A stretch of 64,000 nucleotides of DNA from Candidatus Yanofskybacteria bacterium (GTDB lineage: Bacteria > Patescibacteriota > Minisyncoccia > 2-02-FULL-40-12 > GWA2-44-9): assembly GCA_003514055.1 (NCBI GenBank), contig DOSG01000001.1, positions 24,571-88,570 on the forward strand, given 5' to 3'. The notes below the pieces were generated by a model. It was not told where the DNA came from and made no database searches. It was given only the letters and a program-made list of their open reading frames with translations. Below are positions 46,794 to 56,325 of the stretch, piece by piece; position 1 is the stretch's first letter, and each line of letters opens with the position of its first letter. The position numbers were made by a program, and so were the translations under genes.

Positions 46794-47318
46794 ATGAGAG
46801 GATTCCTCGAAAACATAGGCAGGTCTACGATAAAATTTTTTCGAGATATTAGTATTAATGGTGAGATGATCCGTATCATCCTCGCAGACCCCAATGGGGT
46901 AGAGCTGACGTCATTATTTGAAGAGGTCCATAGGCGCGTACCTCGAGCGAACAAATTTGATATCGGGCCGGCATTGAGCGGCCTAATGTCCACTGGGCGA
47001 TATTCGTATGTCACGCTTACCGATAAAGATGGTTCAAAGCTTGCTGTAAGATATAACAAATTCAACAAAGTATCACTGTCGAGAAAACAGCAATGTCTCA
47101 AGCTCGGTCACGATGTGCCCGATGACGTGGCTTATCAGGCCGGTGGTGCTATTATGCGAGGCGGCTATTGTCGCAGGTGTCATGAGCTCGTAGATCTGGG
47201 TTGTCTAGGGAACGTCTGGACTAAGGAAACTGTCCAGACCAATGGCGTAGTGTCGCTGGAAGGATTCGACGTTTCGGTAGCAACTAACCAAGGTCTTAAG
47301 GTTTTCAATCTGAGTTAA
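46794..47318 (+). CDS. hypothetical protein
   Basis: GGGAGG RBS before ATG 46794. Confidence 0.45.
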   Translation: MRGFLENIGRSTIKFFRDISINGEMIRIILADPNGVELTSLFEEVHRRVPRANKFDIGPALSGLMSTGRYSYVTLTDKDGSKLAVRYNKFNKVSLSRKQQCLKLGHDVPDDVAYQAGGAIMRGGYCRRCHELVDLGCLGNVWTKETVQTNGVVSLEGFDVSVATNQGLKVFNLS

Positions 47319-47364
47319 GCATTGTCCCCAATTGGGGACTTTTTGTTTGAATTTACATATTTGA

Positions 47365-48720
47365 ATGCTTGATCAGAAGGTAGCACGTCAAATTGACGGA
47401 CATCTCATGTCGGTATATAATGTTGTCCAACAGGCAGAGGCTCTTTTACACCCAGAGGAGGGGTTTGCTATGTGGGACCCATATGCGGAGCTAAAGAAAT
47501 TTCAATTACCCAACGGCCTTACAGTCTACTTGGGCACCTGGGATCGCCCCTGGCTGAAAGTCGGGATAGTGGTCCATAGTGGTGCTAGGCAAGATGTCGA
47601 TGGCAAGGAGGGCACAGCCCACTTTGTTGAGCATCTTGTCGGCGAAAATGTTCGACCCTGGACTAACGAAACAATCAAGCGGTATTTTCAGGAATCTGGC
47701 GGTAAGGCATCGCTTGGATCAACTGGCTATAACGCTACTTCTTTTCATTTTGATATGCCGTTGGAAGGCGATAATCTTGAGCGTGCCTTAGATCTATTCG
47801 GGCACATGCTAGTGGATTGTAAAATTGAACATATGGTTGAGCGTGAGCGTCAGGTTATCATTCAGGAATTTGCTAGAAGATTTCCAATACGATGGATGGC
47901 CGATAGAGTGCTCAGGCGACGCCAATTGTTATTCCCTGGAGTTAAGCTAGCGAGGAGTCCTGGCTGGGTTGGAACTCCGGAATCTATTCTTCGTATTACT
48001 GCTGAAGATATGCAGTCGTTTTATGATCAATACTATACGCCAGCTAATATGACTATCGTGGCCGTGGGAGGATTAAAGCCAGAAGAATTCGCAGCTATTC
48101 TTAGCAAGAGTCCATTTGGCTTTGAGAAATCTGGCATACGCACTCCATTGGTGAAGCTCATCGATCATTTCAATCCACCAGAAGAGAATATGTTAATTCA
48201 TAAGATATCAGATTATTCATTACAAGCCGCTGATCGATCGGCAATTGAAAGCTTTGTTGCAATGCCTGGCACCGTGAGGCGTAAGGCTTTGGCTAGAGTC
48301 TCCGATGTATTAGGAGACGTTTTCTTCAGAGAGATTCGTGAAAAGCGAGGCTGGACTTATGGCTTTAGTTCTGGATGGGAGGACTTCGGAGAAGCCTATG
48401 AGTTTAATATCCAAGGAGCTTTCCCGTGGAATGGGCTAGAGGCCATAGAAGGTTTAGTAGATGACTGCCTTGCTATGGCAGAGAAGAATGATGATCTAAT
48501 CCAGCATCACATCAAGGCGTCTGTCCTTGGCTATAAGATTATAGACGTCAGTGGCAGTAAAGTAGTCGACGGCTCTGTGGGTGACCTTAAGTTCCATCAT
48601 CGTGTTCTATCAAATGAGGAAGAGGCCAGGGTTTCGGCCGCTGTTACGGTAGAAGAGGTCAAGTCTATCTTTCCGCTGTTAGCGAGAGATCGTCGCTGGA
48701 CCGTAATTATACATCCTTAG
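47365..48720 (+). CDS. M16-family (insulinase-like) zinc peptidase
   Basis: HFVEHLV inverted HxxEH zinc motif. Confidence 0.75.
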   Translation: MLDQKVARQIDGHLMSVYNVVQQAEALLHPEEGFAMWDPYAELKKFQLPNGLTVYLGTWDRPWLKVGIVVHSGARQDVDGKEGTAHFVEHLVGENVRPWTNETIKRYFQESGGKASLGSTGYNATSFHFDMPLEGDNLERALDLFGHMLVDCKIEHMVERERQVIIQEFARRFPIRWMADRVLRRRQLLFPGVKLARSPGWVGTPESILRITAEDMQSFYDQYYTPANMTIVAVGGLKPEEFAAILSKSPFGFEKSGIRTPLVKLIDHFNPPEENMLIHKISDYSLQAADRSAIESFVAMPGTVRRKALARVSDVLGDVFFREIREKRGWTYGFSSGWEDFGEAYEFNIQGAFPWNGLEAIEGLVDDCLAMAEKNDDLIQHHIKASVLGYKIIDVSGSKVVDGSVGDLKFHHRVLSNEEEARVSAAVTVEEVKSIFPLLARDRRWTVIIHP

Positions 48721-48746
48721 CTCAGAATTGATCATTAAATAAAGAT

Positions 48747-48776
48747 GAAGAGCCTGACCAGCTCTTTTTTGTTGGG
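48747..48776 (+). terminator. terminator, repeat family C
   Basis: GAAGAGC-ctgacca-GCTCTTTTTTGTTGG; near-identical copy at 58141-58172. Confidence 0.6.
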
Positions 48777-48811
48777 CCTAGTTTACGAAACGAGAAAAGC
48801 GTGTTATACTT

Positions 48812-50278
48812 TTGTCTTTAACTATTGCCATGGCACAAGGTGAAGCTATAATCAGGTTCGATAAGGTGTCATTCGACTATGGACACAATAAACCCATCCT
48901 CCACGAGGTGGATTTTTCGGTTCGCCGAGAGATTAAGATGACTATCATGGGCCAGAATGGATCGGGCAAGAGCACGATTTTTCAACTTATAACTGGTGGA
49001 TTAAAGCCCGAGTCTGGAACTATTAGTACTGTGTCTAATTTAACGATAGCTATCGCTCGGCAGGTTATTCCCCGTGAGCAACTCGATCTAACTGTGCGAG
49101 ATTTTTTTCAGGCCTGTTTTGCTGACAAGATTTATGACATTGATCCACGCATCGATGCCGTGCTGGACGTAGTTAATCTACATGCGCCGCACGAGCGTAT
49201 TGTGCGTACTTTCTCTGGCGGCCAGCAGGCCCGCCTCTTATTGGCTTCGGCCCTAATCCAAGACGCCGATGTTCTGTTGCTGGATGAGCCGACTAACAAT
49301 CTGGACAAGGCTGGTATTACTCATCTTCGTCAGTTTCTAATTGATTACAAAAAAACATGTATTGTCATTTCTCACGACGCTGATTTCTTGAACGCCTTTA
49401 CTCAGGGTGTGCTGTATTTAGACTTGCATACTAGGAAAGTCGAGCAATATCAGGGCAACTACTTAAACGTGGTTGAGCAAATTGCGGCTCGTATCGAAAG
49501 AGAGAATAGTGCTAACGCTCGTTTGGCCAAGATCGCAATCGAGAAAAAAGAGAAGGCCAATTTCTTTGCCATGAAGGGTGGGCGGTTGAGATTGTTAGCC
49601 AAGCGTATGCGTGAGGATGCCGAAGATATGGAAGAAGCCCAAGTTGACGTTCGTAAGGAAGACAAGATTTTAAGGCAGTTTACGATTCCGAATCAAGAAG
49701 AATTGATTGGAAATATTGTCACGCTAAGTTCGGTTAGTATTTTTAAGAATCACAAGCCAGCCCAAAAGAAGATAAGCGTGGCACTCAATAAAAACCAGCA
49801 CCTATTACTGACTGGGCCAAACGGTATTGGCAAAAGTACTTTACTTGAAGCTCTGGCTTCGGGTAAGGCTAAGGGCGCCAAGATAGCCGAAGACGTTGTT
49901 GTCGGTTATTATCGCCAGGACTTTTCTACGCTTAATTTTGAAGATACGGTTATAGAATCGCTTAGAGCCGTGGCCAAAGGACTTGATGAGCAAGAGATAC
50001 GCTCAATAGCCGCAGGGTTTTTAATAACCGGAGAAACAATTAAGACTAAGGTTGGCGATCTTTCTGAAGGTCAGAAGGGATTGGTTGCTTTTGCTCGATT
50101 GGTAATGCAGAGACCCGGCTTACTTATTCTTGATGAGCCGACTAACCATATTAATTTTCGTCATTTGCCAGTTATTGCCAAAGCCCTTGATCAGTATCGA
50201 GGCGCAATGATTCTCGTAAGTCACGTGCCAGATTTTGTAGATCAAATTCGTATCGACCAGACGCTCGACCTGGGTTAA
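48812..50278 (+). CDS. ABC-F family ATPase (two tandem ABC domains, no TMD)
   Basis: two Walker A (GQNGSGKST, GPNGIGKST) and two signatures (FSGGQQARL, LSEGQKGL). Confidence 0.85.
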   Translation: MSLTIAMAQGEAIIRFDKVSFDYGHNKPILHEVDFSVRREIKMTIMGQNGSGKSTIFQLITGGLKPESGTISTVSNLTIAIARQVIPREQLDLTVRDFFQACFADKIYDIDPRIDAVLDVVNLHAPHERIVRTFSGGQQARLLLASALIQDADVLLLDEPTNNLDKAGITHLRQFLIDYKKTCIVISHDADFLNAFTQGVLYLDLHTRKVEQYQGNYLNVVEQIAARIERENSANARLAKIAIEKKEKANFFAMKGGRLRLLAKRMREDAEDMEEAQVDVRKEDKILRQFTIPNQEELIGNIVTLSSVSIFKNHKPAQKKISVALNKNQHLLLTGPNGIGKSTLLEALASGKAKGAKIAEDVVVGYYRQDFSTLNFEDTVIESLRAVAKGLDEQEIRSIAAGFLITGETIKTKVGDLSEGQKGLVAFARLVMQRPGLLILDEPTNHINFRHLPVIAKALDQYRGAMILVSHVPDFVDQIRIDQTLDLG

Positions 50279-50288
50279 TATCAAACAT

Positions 50289-51569
50289 ATGCAGGACAAC
50301 AAACAATGGGACGTTGTGGTTATCGGCGGCGGCCCAGCTGGAATGATGGCCGCCGGACGCGCGGCAGAGCGTGGCCGGAGTGTTTTGTTGTTAGAAAAGA
50401 ATCCTGTTCTTGGAAAGAAGTTGCTGATCACTGGTGGCGGAAGATGCAATGTTACCAATAATAAGCCTGAGATTCGGACGATGCTTTCGCAATACAAGGA
50501 AAGTGACAAGTTCTTGTTCTCTGCTTTCTCTCAGTTCGGCGTTACGGAGACTTTAAAATTTTTTAATGATCGCGGCATGGTCACCAAAGAGGAGGCTGAA
50601 GGTAGGGTATTCCCGGTTTCAAACAAATCGAAGAGTGTATTGGACGTACTCGTCCAATACATGAAGATTGGTGGCATAGAAGTACGTACCGATTCTGATG
50701 TTGCAGGGTTGGCCGTCGATGAGGCGGACAAGCAGATGATCGTAATTCTTGCTGATGGTTCAAAAATATTTGCTCAGTCCTGCGTCGTGGCCACGGGTGG
50801 CGTGTCCCACCCCGAGACTGGTTCCACCGGCGAGGGATTTCAATGGCTAGAAAAGTTAGGCCACAAGATAGTCAAGAACGATATGGCCTTGGTGCCCATT
50901 GCGCTCAAGGATTCTTGGGTAGAGAGTTTGGCCGGAGTAACACTGAGTCATATTAAGCTAACGACATACAAGAACGGCGCAAAGCAGGCAGCACACAAAG
51001 GTAAGATGCTATTTACGCACGTCGGCATAAGCGGGCCCGTGGTTTTAAATATGAGTCGAGAGGTGGGAGAATTATTGCATGACTCTGAAGGATCAGCGTA
51101 TGCAAAATCTTTTGAAAATGATGTCGTGATCACGCTAGATCTATTTCCATCGGAAGATATGGGCGCATTGAGGCAGAGAATCCAGACCGTTTTAGTCGAG
51201 CAGAGCAACAAGAAAATCAAGAACTCACTTTCTGAATTAATAGCTCCGGCTCTTGTCGATACGATTCTAATGCTCAGCCACATAGACGGCGAAACGCCGA
51301 ATCACAGCGTTCGCACCGAGGACCGAAAAATACTCGTCGCGATTCTTAAGTCCGTATCCATGAGCGTGGCCGGATTACTTGGCAAAGAGAAGGCGATAGT
51401 GTCGTCCGGCGGTGTAGCACTGGAAGAAGTTGACTTCAAAACGATGCAGTCTAGGCTCATCTCACAATTGTACTTGGTAGGCGATGTCCTCGACGTTGAT
51501 CGCCCTTCGGGCGGCTACAGCCTCCAGCTTTGCTGGACTACCGGCTATGTCGCCGGAAGCCACTGCTAA
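50289..51569 (+). CDS. HI0933/BaiN-family FAD-dependent oxidoreductase
   Basis: VVVIGGGPAGMMAA dinucleotide motif, GGGRCNVTN. Confidence 0.85.
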   Translation: MQDNKQWDVVVIGGGPAGMMAAGRAAERGRSVLLLEKNPVLGKKLLITGGGRCNVTNNKPEIRTMLSQYKESDKFLFSAFSQFGVTETLKFFNDRGMVTKEEAEGRVFPVSNKSKSVLDVLVQYMKIGGIEVRTDSDVAGLAVDEADKQMIVILADGSKIFAQSCVVATGGVSHPETGSTGEGFQWLEKLGHKIVKNDMALVPIALKDSWVESLAGVTLSHIKLTTYKNGAKQAAHKGKMLFTHVGISGPVVLNMSREVGELLHDSEGSAYAKSFENDVVITLDLFPSEDMGALRQRIQTVLVEQSNKKIKNSLSELIAPALVDTILMLSHIDGETPNHSVRTEDRKILVAILKSVSMSVAGLLGKEKAIVSSGGVALEEVDFKTMQSRLISQLYLVGDVLDVDRPSGGYSLQLCWTTGYVAGSHC

Positions 51570-51625
51570 TTAGTTTGTGCGTGGCTGCTTGTGCTATAAT
51601 CTGAGGATATAGAATTATTATTTGT

Positions 51626-51958
51626 ATGAAGAAAATAAAAAGAAAAACGCAGATAGAACAGCTGACAGATAAGGCAAAAATTATCGTAAGGATGTATAAG
51701 GAGCAATATCCAGATGTAAAGATGGATAGAGATTATTTTCCATTTAAAATTACCGAAGAATGGGGTGAGTGCTTACAGACGTATCTAATGCTGACAGATC
51801 GCGGGAGACAAAAGGGTAAAAGTAAAAAGGAGATACAAGACCTTTTCGCGAACGAATTTGCCGACATGTTCGCCTATTTACTTCTTTTCGCCGAAAGTGA
51901 GGGCGTTGATCCGGTAAAGGCAATGACCAAGAAGTGGTTCTCGTATTTAAAGAAATAA
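51626..51958 (+). CDS. MazG-like nucleotide pyrophosphohydrolase
   Basis: EEWGEC...EFADMFAYLL EExxE/D motif arrangement. Confidence 0.55.
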   Translation: MKKIKRKTQIEQLTDKAKIIVRMYKEQYPDVKMDRDYFPFKITEEWGECLQTYLMLTDRGRQKGKSKKEIQDLFANEFADMFAYLLLFAESEGVDPVKAMTKKWFSYLKK

Positions 51959-52007
51959 AATTCGAATCATAGAGTTTTCAGTAAAAAAGTGATTTAATTC
52001 AGATTAT

Positions 52008-52517
52008 ATGACCACAGAATTACCGGGACAGGAACAAAAAGATGGGGCGCTAGTTGGGAACAAGTGGATTCTGCCTACGGATATGAATATCGTGTCTAGG
52101 GCCGAAGAAGAATTCGGCAAGCGACTAGTGGCGACTGGCTGGACCAATGATGAGATTAATTGGTTGAGGGTTGCATTTAGAGAGGCTTTGATCAATGCCA
52201 TCGTTCACGGTAACCTGAGCATAAAAGACAAACTTGAGACTCAAGATTGGGCTGAAGCCGCCGACGCGGTGCTTAATGCTCAGCCGACTGGCAAGAAAGT
52301 GTTTGTAAAATTAGACATTTCTCCTTATCGGATAGAAGTTGTTGTACGTGATGAGGGCAAGGGCTTTGACTACACGAAAGTAGCTGATCCGACAGAAGGA
52401 ACCGCCGTATTGGAGAGTAGTGGCCGCGGGATGCTTTTTATGAAGACTTTTTTCGATTCAATAACATATAACGGAGTTGGCAACGAGGTAACTATGGTTA
52501 AAATTAAAAGTGATTAA
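52008..52517 (+). CDS. HATPase_c protein (anti-sigma factor / Ser-protein-kinase-like, RsbW/SpoIIAB type)
   Basis: EALINAIVHGN (N box), VRDEGKGFD (G1), SGRGMLFM (G2). Confidence 0.65.
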   Translation: MTTELPGQEQKDGALVGNKWILPTDMNIVSRAEEEFGKRLVATGWTNDEINWLRVAFREALINAIVHGNLSIKDKLETQDWAEAADAVLNAQPTGKKVFVKLDISPYRIEVVVRDEGKGFDYTKVADPTEGTAVLESSGRGMLFMKTFFDSITYNGVGNEVTMVKIKSD

Positions 52518-53289
52518 TATGAAACAGAAAAAACTTAAAATCCTTTTTTTAGATATTTTCACGGATAACGAGAAATTTAGAAAAGAAATTAGCCACATGT
52601 TATATGATGGCGGGAGCTACTCTGATCATGTTCGGAAGCTGTTCGGATTAGATAAGAGTCAATGGTTGCGCTTAGATGCGTCCAAGGGAAAGTTTCCGAT
52701 AAAGGCCCTAGATGTTTCAGCTATAGTAATTGGCGGATCGGTTAAAGATCCCGTAGAAGGCCAAGAAGATAAATGGATGAAGGAAACATATAAGTTTATA
52801 AATAAGGGCATAAAAAAGCAGTTGCCCATATTAGGTATTTGCGGTGGTTTGCAGTTCGTAATTAGGGCTTTGGGCGGAGAAATAATACTTAATCCTAAGG
52901 GTAAAGAGTTCGGCGCCATAACCGTACATATTAAAAGATCCGATCCACTTTTTGAGGGCCTAAAAAAGAGTTTTATCGTGCCATCAAATCACAAATGTAT
53001 GGTCGGTAAATTTGATGGAGATGCCAAGCTATTGGCCAGTTCAAAGATGTGCGCAATCCAAGCTCTGGCCATCGGTGACAGGATACGCCTCGTACAATTT
53101 CATCCGGAAAGAACCGAGGACCAGAATATGGCCATAGCTAAGGCGTCGAAGGAGCAGCTTATTAAGGACGGAGTCATTAGAAGCGGGAAAGAATATCCCA
53201 AATTTCTAAAATCCCTGAAGGTTAACTCCGAAGCTGGGAGGATAATAATTAATAATTTCTTAAATAATTTTGTAATCAACGGAGATTGA
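52510..53289 (+). CDS. class I glutamine amidotransferase
   Basis: ILGICGGLQF catalytic Cys, VQFHPE His; alternative ATG at 52519. Confidence 0.7.
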   Translation: MINMKQKKLKILFLDIFTDNEKFRKEISHMLYDGGSYSDHVRKLFGLDKSQWLRLDASKGKFPIKALDVSAIVIGGSVKDPVEGQEDKWMKETYKFINKGIKKQLPILGICGGLQFVIRALGGEIILNPKGKEFGAITVHIKRSDPLFEGLKKSFIVPSNHKCMVGKFDGDAKLLASSKMCAIQALAIGDRIRLVQFHPERTEDQNMAIAKASKEQLIKDGVIRSGKEYPKFLKSLKVNSEAGRIIINNFLNNFVINGD

Positions 53290-53501
53290 CTTCGCAGTTA
53301 ACACGCTATATACTAGCATAAAGCATGGAATCAAGGCATATACAAAGCTATTCATATTTCTGGTTTATAAACCTCTCTCGAGAAAGGGATTTTTTGCTGT
53401 CATAATATAAAATACATAAACTTGCAAAAACCTCTTTCTCGGAAGAGGTTTTTGTTAACTCTTCCGAGTGTTCGTTAACAATTGAAGGAAGGAGAGCGAG
53501 T

Positions 53502-54263
53502 ATGGACTCACAGAACAATTTCGCTGCTCTATTTAAGTTTAGGCCAGAATTATCAGGATATATCGGTATTGAAAGGGAACAATTTTTGAAAGGCGACTCT
53601 GGGATATATGTGCCAGAGTCGCCAAGATTTCTTAGTCTTGCGATGAATGAGAAGTGGACATATGAATTATCGGCTTGTCAGGTTGAATCGAGGACTAATC
53701 CTCAGACTGGTTTGGCCGTCATCAAGGCAGAACTATTGGCAAATGAGAATGTCGGAAATAGAGTTGCTAACCAGCTGGGCCTAGAATTGGTGAATGAGGA
53801 AGTCGCGGCGGAAGATATGCCGCTTGATGTATATCCTAATCCTAGATATCTCAAGATTGCTAAGGTCATTTCCAGGGATCGCCTAAGAGCGGCTTGCCGT
53901 GTTGCTGGTATCCATATTCATTTAGGGGTAAGGGATCTTTCCCACGCGATTGAGGTTAACAATCTACTTGTTCCACATCTTAATGCATTGTGTGATCGCG
54001 GAGATCATTCAGGCGGGGAGAGGTTGCGACTTTATCGCGACATGGCACAGAATTGGCAGCCCGTTGTGTATGCCGGGCCTGAGCATTTATTCGAGGTTGC
54101 TCGGGCTAATGGCTTCGCCGATAATCCAAGAAATTGTTGGAAACTAATCAGGATTAGTATCCACGGGACGGTCGAGTTGCGAATGTTCGGTTCGACGAAT
54201 AGTGTCGATGAAATAATCGAATGGATTTCTGTTGTGAAGGCAATCACGAAAGGAGCGCTGTGA
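53502..54263 (+). CDS. GCS2/YbdK-like carboxylate-amine ligase, copy 1
   Basis: GIHIHLGV...VPHLNALCDRGDHSGGERLRLYR resembles YbdK GlHvHVGv...LSAsSPF..G..tG..S.R. Confidence 0.6.
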   Translation: MDSQNNFAALFKFRPELSGYIGIEREQFLKGDSGIYVPESPRFLSLAMNEKWTYELSACQVESRTNPQTGLAVIKAELLANENVGNRVANQLGLELVNEEVAAEDMPLDVYPNPRYLKIAKVISRDRLRAACRVAGIHIHLGVRDLSHAIEVNNLLVPHLNALCDRGDHSGGERLRLYRDMAQNWQPVVYAGPEHLFEVARANGFADNPRNCWKLIRISIHGTVELRMFGSTNSVDEIIEWISVVKAITKGAL

Positions 54264-55657
54264 TGTCTAAACACGAAAAAGAGATGCGCGAATCTTTCGA
54301 TATCCAAGCGAAAAGTTTGTTGGAATCTGGTGATAGATTCGTAAAGATCGCCGGAGGTGCTAAGGTCGGGCTCGAATCAGAGTTAGCAGTTCACGCTAGG
54401 CTGAGCGACGAGGAATTAGTTAAAAGACGAGACGCCATAATCGCCGATAACATAGATTTCGCCGACTTTGAGCTTGGAGCTAGCCAGGTAGAGATAAGGA
54501 CTCCGCCCATAGATTTACTTTCCAGTAATGGCGTCGTGATGCTGAGAGATGTATACGAGAAAAGATTTACTAATGTGCTGGAATCAGCTCGCAGGAATAA
54601 GGTTGGGATATTGCGCGTGGGTGCAAATCCATTCCTGCCGACAATTGGTACTCCCAGGACAGATAAGCCGAAGTATCGCTTGGTCCCAGATTTCTATAAT
54701 CAACATCGGAATCCGAACTTGGATACCATAATTGGTTTTGGCAAGGGAAGAGTCGACATCGGAGACGCAGCTATCGTGTCTCTATTCCAGTCTTTCCAAG
54801 TAAATCTGGAGGCCAGCTCGCTAGATGATGTTTGTGACAAAATGAATAGATCGTTAGCCATCGCTCCGTACCTGCTAGCTTTTTCTGGTAACGCCAGATA
54901 CCTCAGTCGCCAAGACACTAAGATCCAAGATGCTCGGATGATGAGTTGGGAAGTAAGTCATAATGATCGAGCTTTTCAAGATACAAGATTGCAGGATCTG
55001 AGAATAATATCTTGGGAAAAGAGCTTCGATGTAAGACCAGGGAAGAGTGAAGATTGGTCCAATGAGCTGCGAGTTGGTTTACCCGGCAGATATTTCAGAG
55101 ACATGGCGGGCTATCTTAAAAGAGCCGGAACGTTTCCTTTCATTCTGCATGCTCCGGAATCAGCGCTAGCGATATCAATAGGGATGACTTGGCTCGACGC
55201 TCGTGCGAAGTTCATCGGTGACTCGGCCATAGTTGAATTGAGACTACCATCTACACAACCAACGATAGAAGAAGAGATGCTACTTACTCTTCTATACGTT
55301 GGTAGGCTGCACTACTCTCAGATGAGTGGCGAAAGACTGTTGCCGATCAATATGGTCAGAGAAAATAGACTTTCAGCCATGCTCTACGGCCTCAAGAGAC
55401 CGATGTGGTTCTTGGATAAAGACGGCAATTCGATAAAGCTACCAGCTAGGACTGGCATAGAAGCAGAGATCGAATTGGCGATGAGTGGCCTAGATCAATT
55501 AGGTTTGTTACCGGCGTTGAATGTAGAATTGCTTGATTCATTGTTCGATGTTGGTTCTCCATCTGATAGGCTAGGGAAGTTGCTAGATCCGATCGACAGC
55601 ATATCGATTGGCGACATGGAAGATGCTCTTTCGGCAACTAAAATGCTAGTTGTGTAA
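54263..55657 (+). CDS. GCS2-like carboxylate-amine ligase, copy 2 (larger)
   Basis: TGATG overlap with upstream gene, AGGAG RBS; E-x-E / R-rich ligase-like blocks. Confidence 0.5.
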   Translation: MSKHEKEMRESFDIQAKSLLESGDRFVKIAGGAKVGLESELAVHARLSDEELVKRRDAIIADNIDFADFELGASQVEIRTPPIDLLSSNGVVMLRDVYEKRFTNVLESARRNKVGILRVGANPFLPTIGTPRTDKPKYRLVPDFYNQHRNPNLDTIIGFGKGRVDIGDAAIVSLFQSFQVNLEASSLDDVCDKMNRSLAIAPYLLAFSGNARYLSRQDTKIQDARMMSWEVSHNDRAFQDTRLQDLRIISWEKSFDVRPGKSEDWSNELRVGLPGRYFRDMAGYLKRAGTFPFILHAPESALAISIGMTWLDARAKFIGDSAIVELRLPSTQPTIEEEMLLTLLYVGRLHYSQMSGERLLPINMVRENRLSAMLYGLKRPMWFLDKDGNSIKLPARTGIEAEIELAMSGLDQLGLLPALNVELLDSLFDVGSPSDRLGKLLDPIDSISIGDMEDALSATKMLVV

Positions 55658-55711
55658 TGGGGATCGAGTAACTGCGGCTCAGGTTGTGAAAGCGACCTGA
55701 GCCATTTTTAA

Positions 55712-55987
55712 TTGCTCCAGCCAGTCTTATGCTATAATCTGATGTATATGTATTTTGTATATCTTATTGAGTGCGGCGATAAAAGTATTTATACGGGCAT
55801 AACCACGGACGTGGCGCGTAGGTTTGAGGAACACAAAACTGGTAAAGGTGGGCACTATACGAGATCGAGAGGAGTCGCCAGAGTTGTGTATACTGAGAAG
55901 CTTAAAACAAGAAGCAAGGCACTAAAACGTGAATTTGAAATAAAAAGTTGGCCTCGCCAGAGAAAGCTAGGCCTAATCAAAAAATAG
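55712..55987 (+). CDS. GIY-YIG nuclease-domain protein (YhbQ/UPF0213-like)
   Basis: YFVYLIECGDKSIYTGITTDVARRFEEH...R..E. Confidence 0.7.
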   Translation: MLQPVLCYNLMYMYFVYLIECGDKSIYTGITTDVARRFEEHKTGKGGHYTRSRGVARVVYTEKLKTRSKALKREFEIKSWPRQRKLGLIKK

Positions 55988-56325
55988 AGACGATATTTGA
56001 CCCGTATCCTAGGCCGTGGTATGATATCTATACCTTGACTCTTTATCATTGATGAGTCTGGGTGATTGTCAGTCCGAAAGGGCTATAAAAGCTAGGCAAT
56101 CTAAATCGTAAAAATGTCCAACAATACTGTAGAAATCAATATTTTCCTTAATTATGTGCCTTCTGGCACTGGTTATAGTATTCGCGATTGTATCGCGGCA
56201 TTTAGACATAAACGATTCCTGGATTCTATTTAATCTTATTCGTTTGTAGATAAGCGCCGCGGATGGAATCCGCGGCGCTGTTGTTTTTATCAGCGCCAAT
56301 GCTCTTTAACAATGGAGGCAAAAGT

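Noticed and set aside
53428-53468. Classic transcription attenuator / T-box upstream of the GCS2 genes
   Set aside because: The alternative pairing lies downstream of the terminator hairpin, which is not the canonical 2:3/3:4 order. No T-box consensus is present. Mentioned only as a structured leader.`
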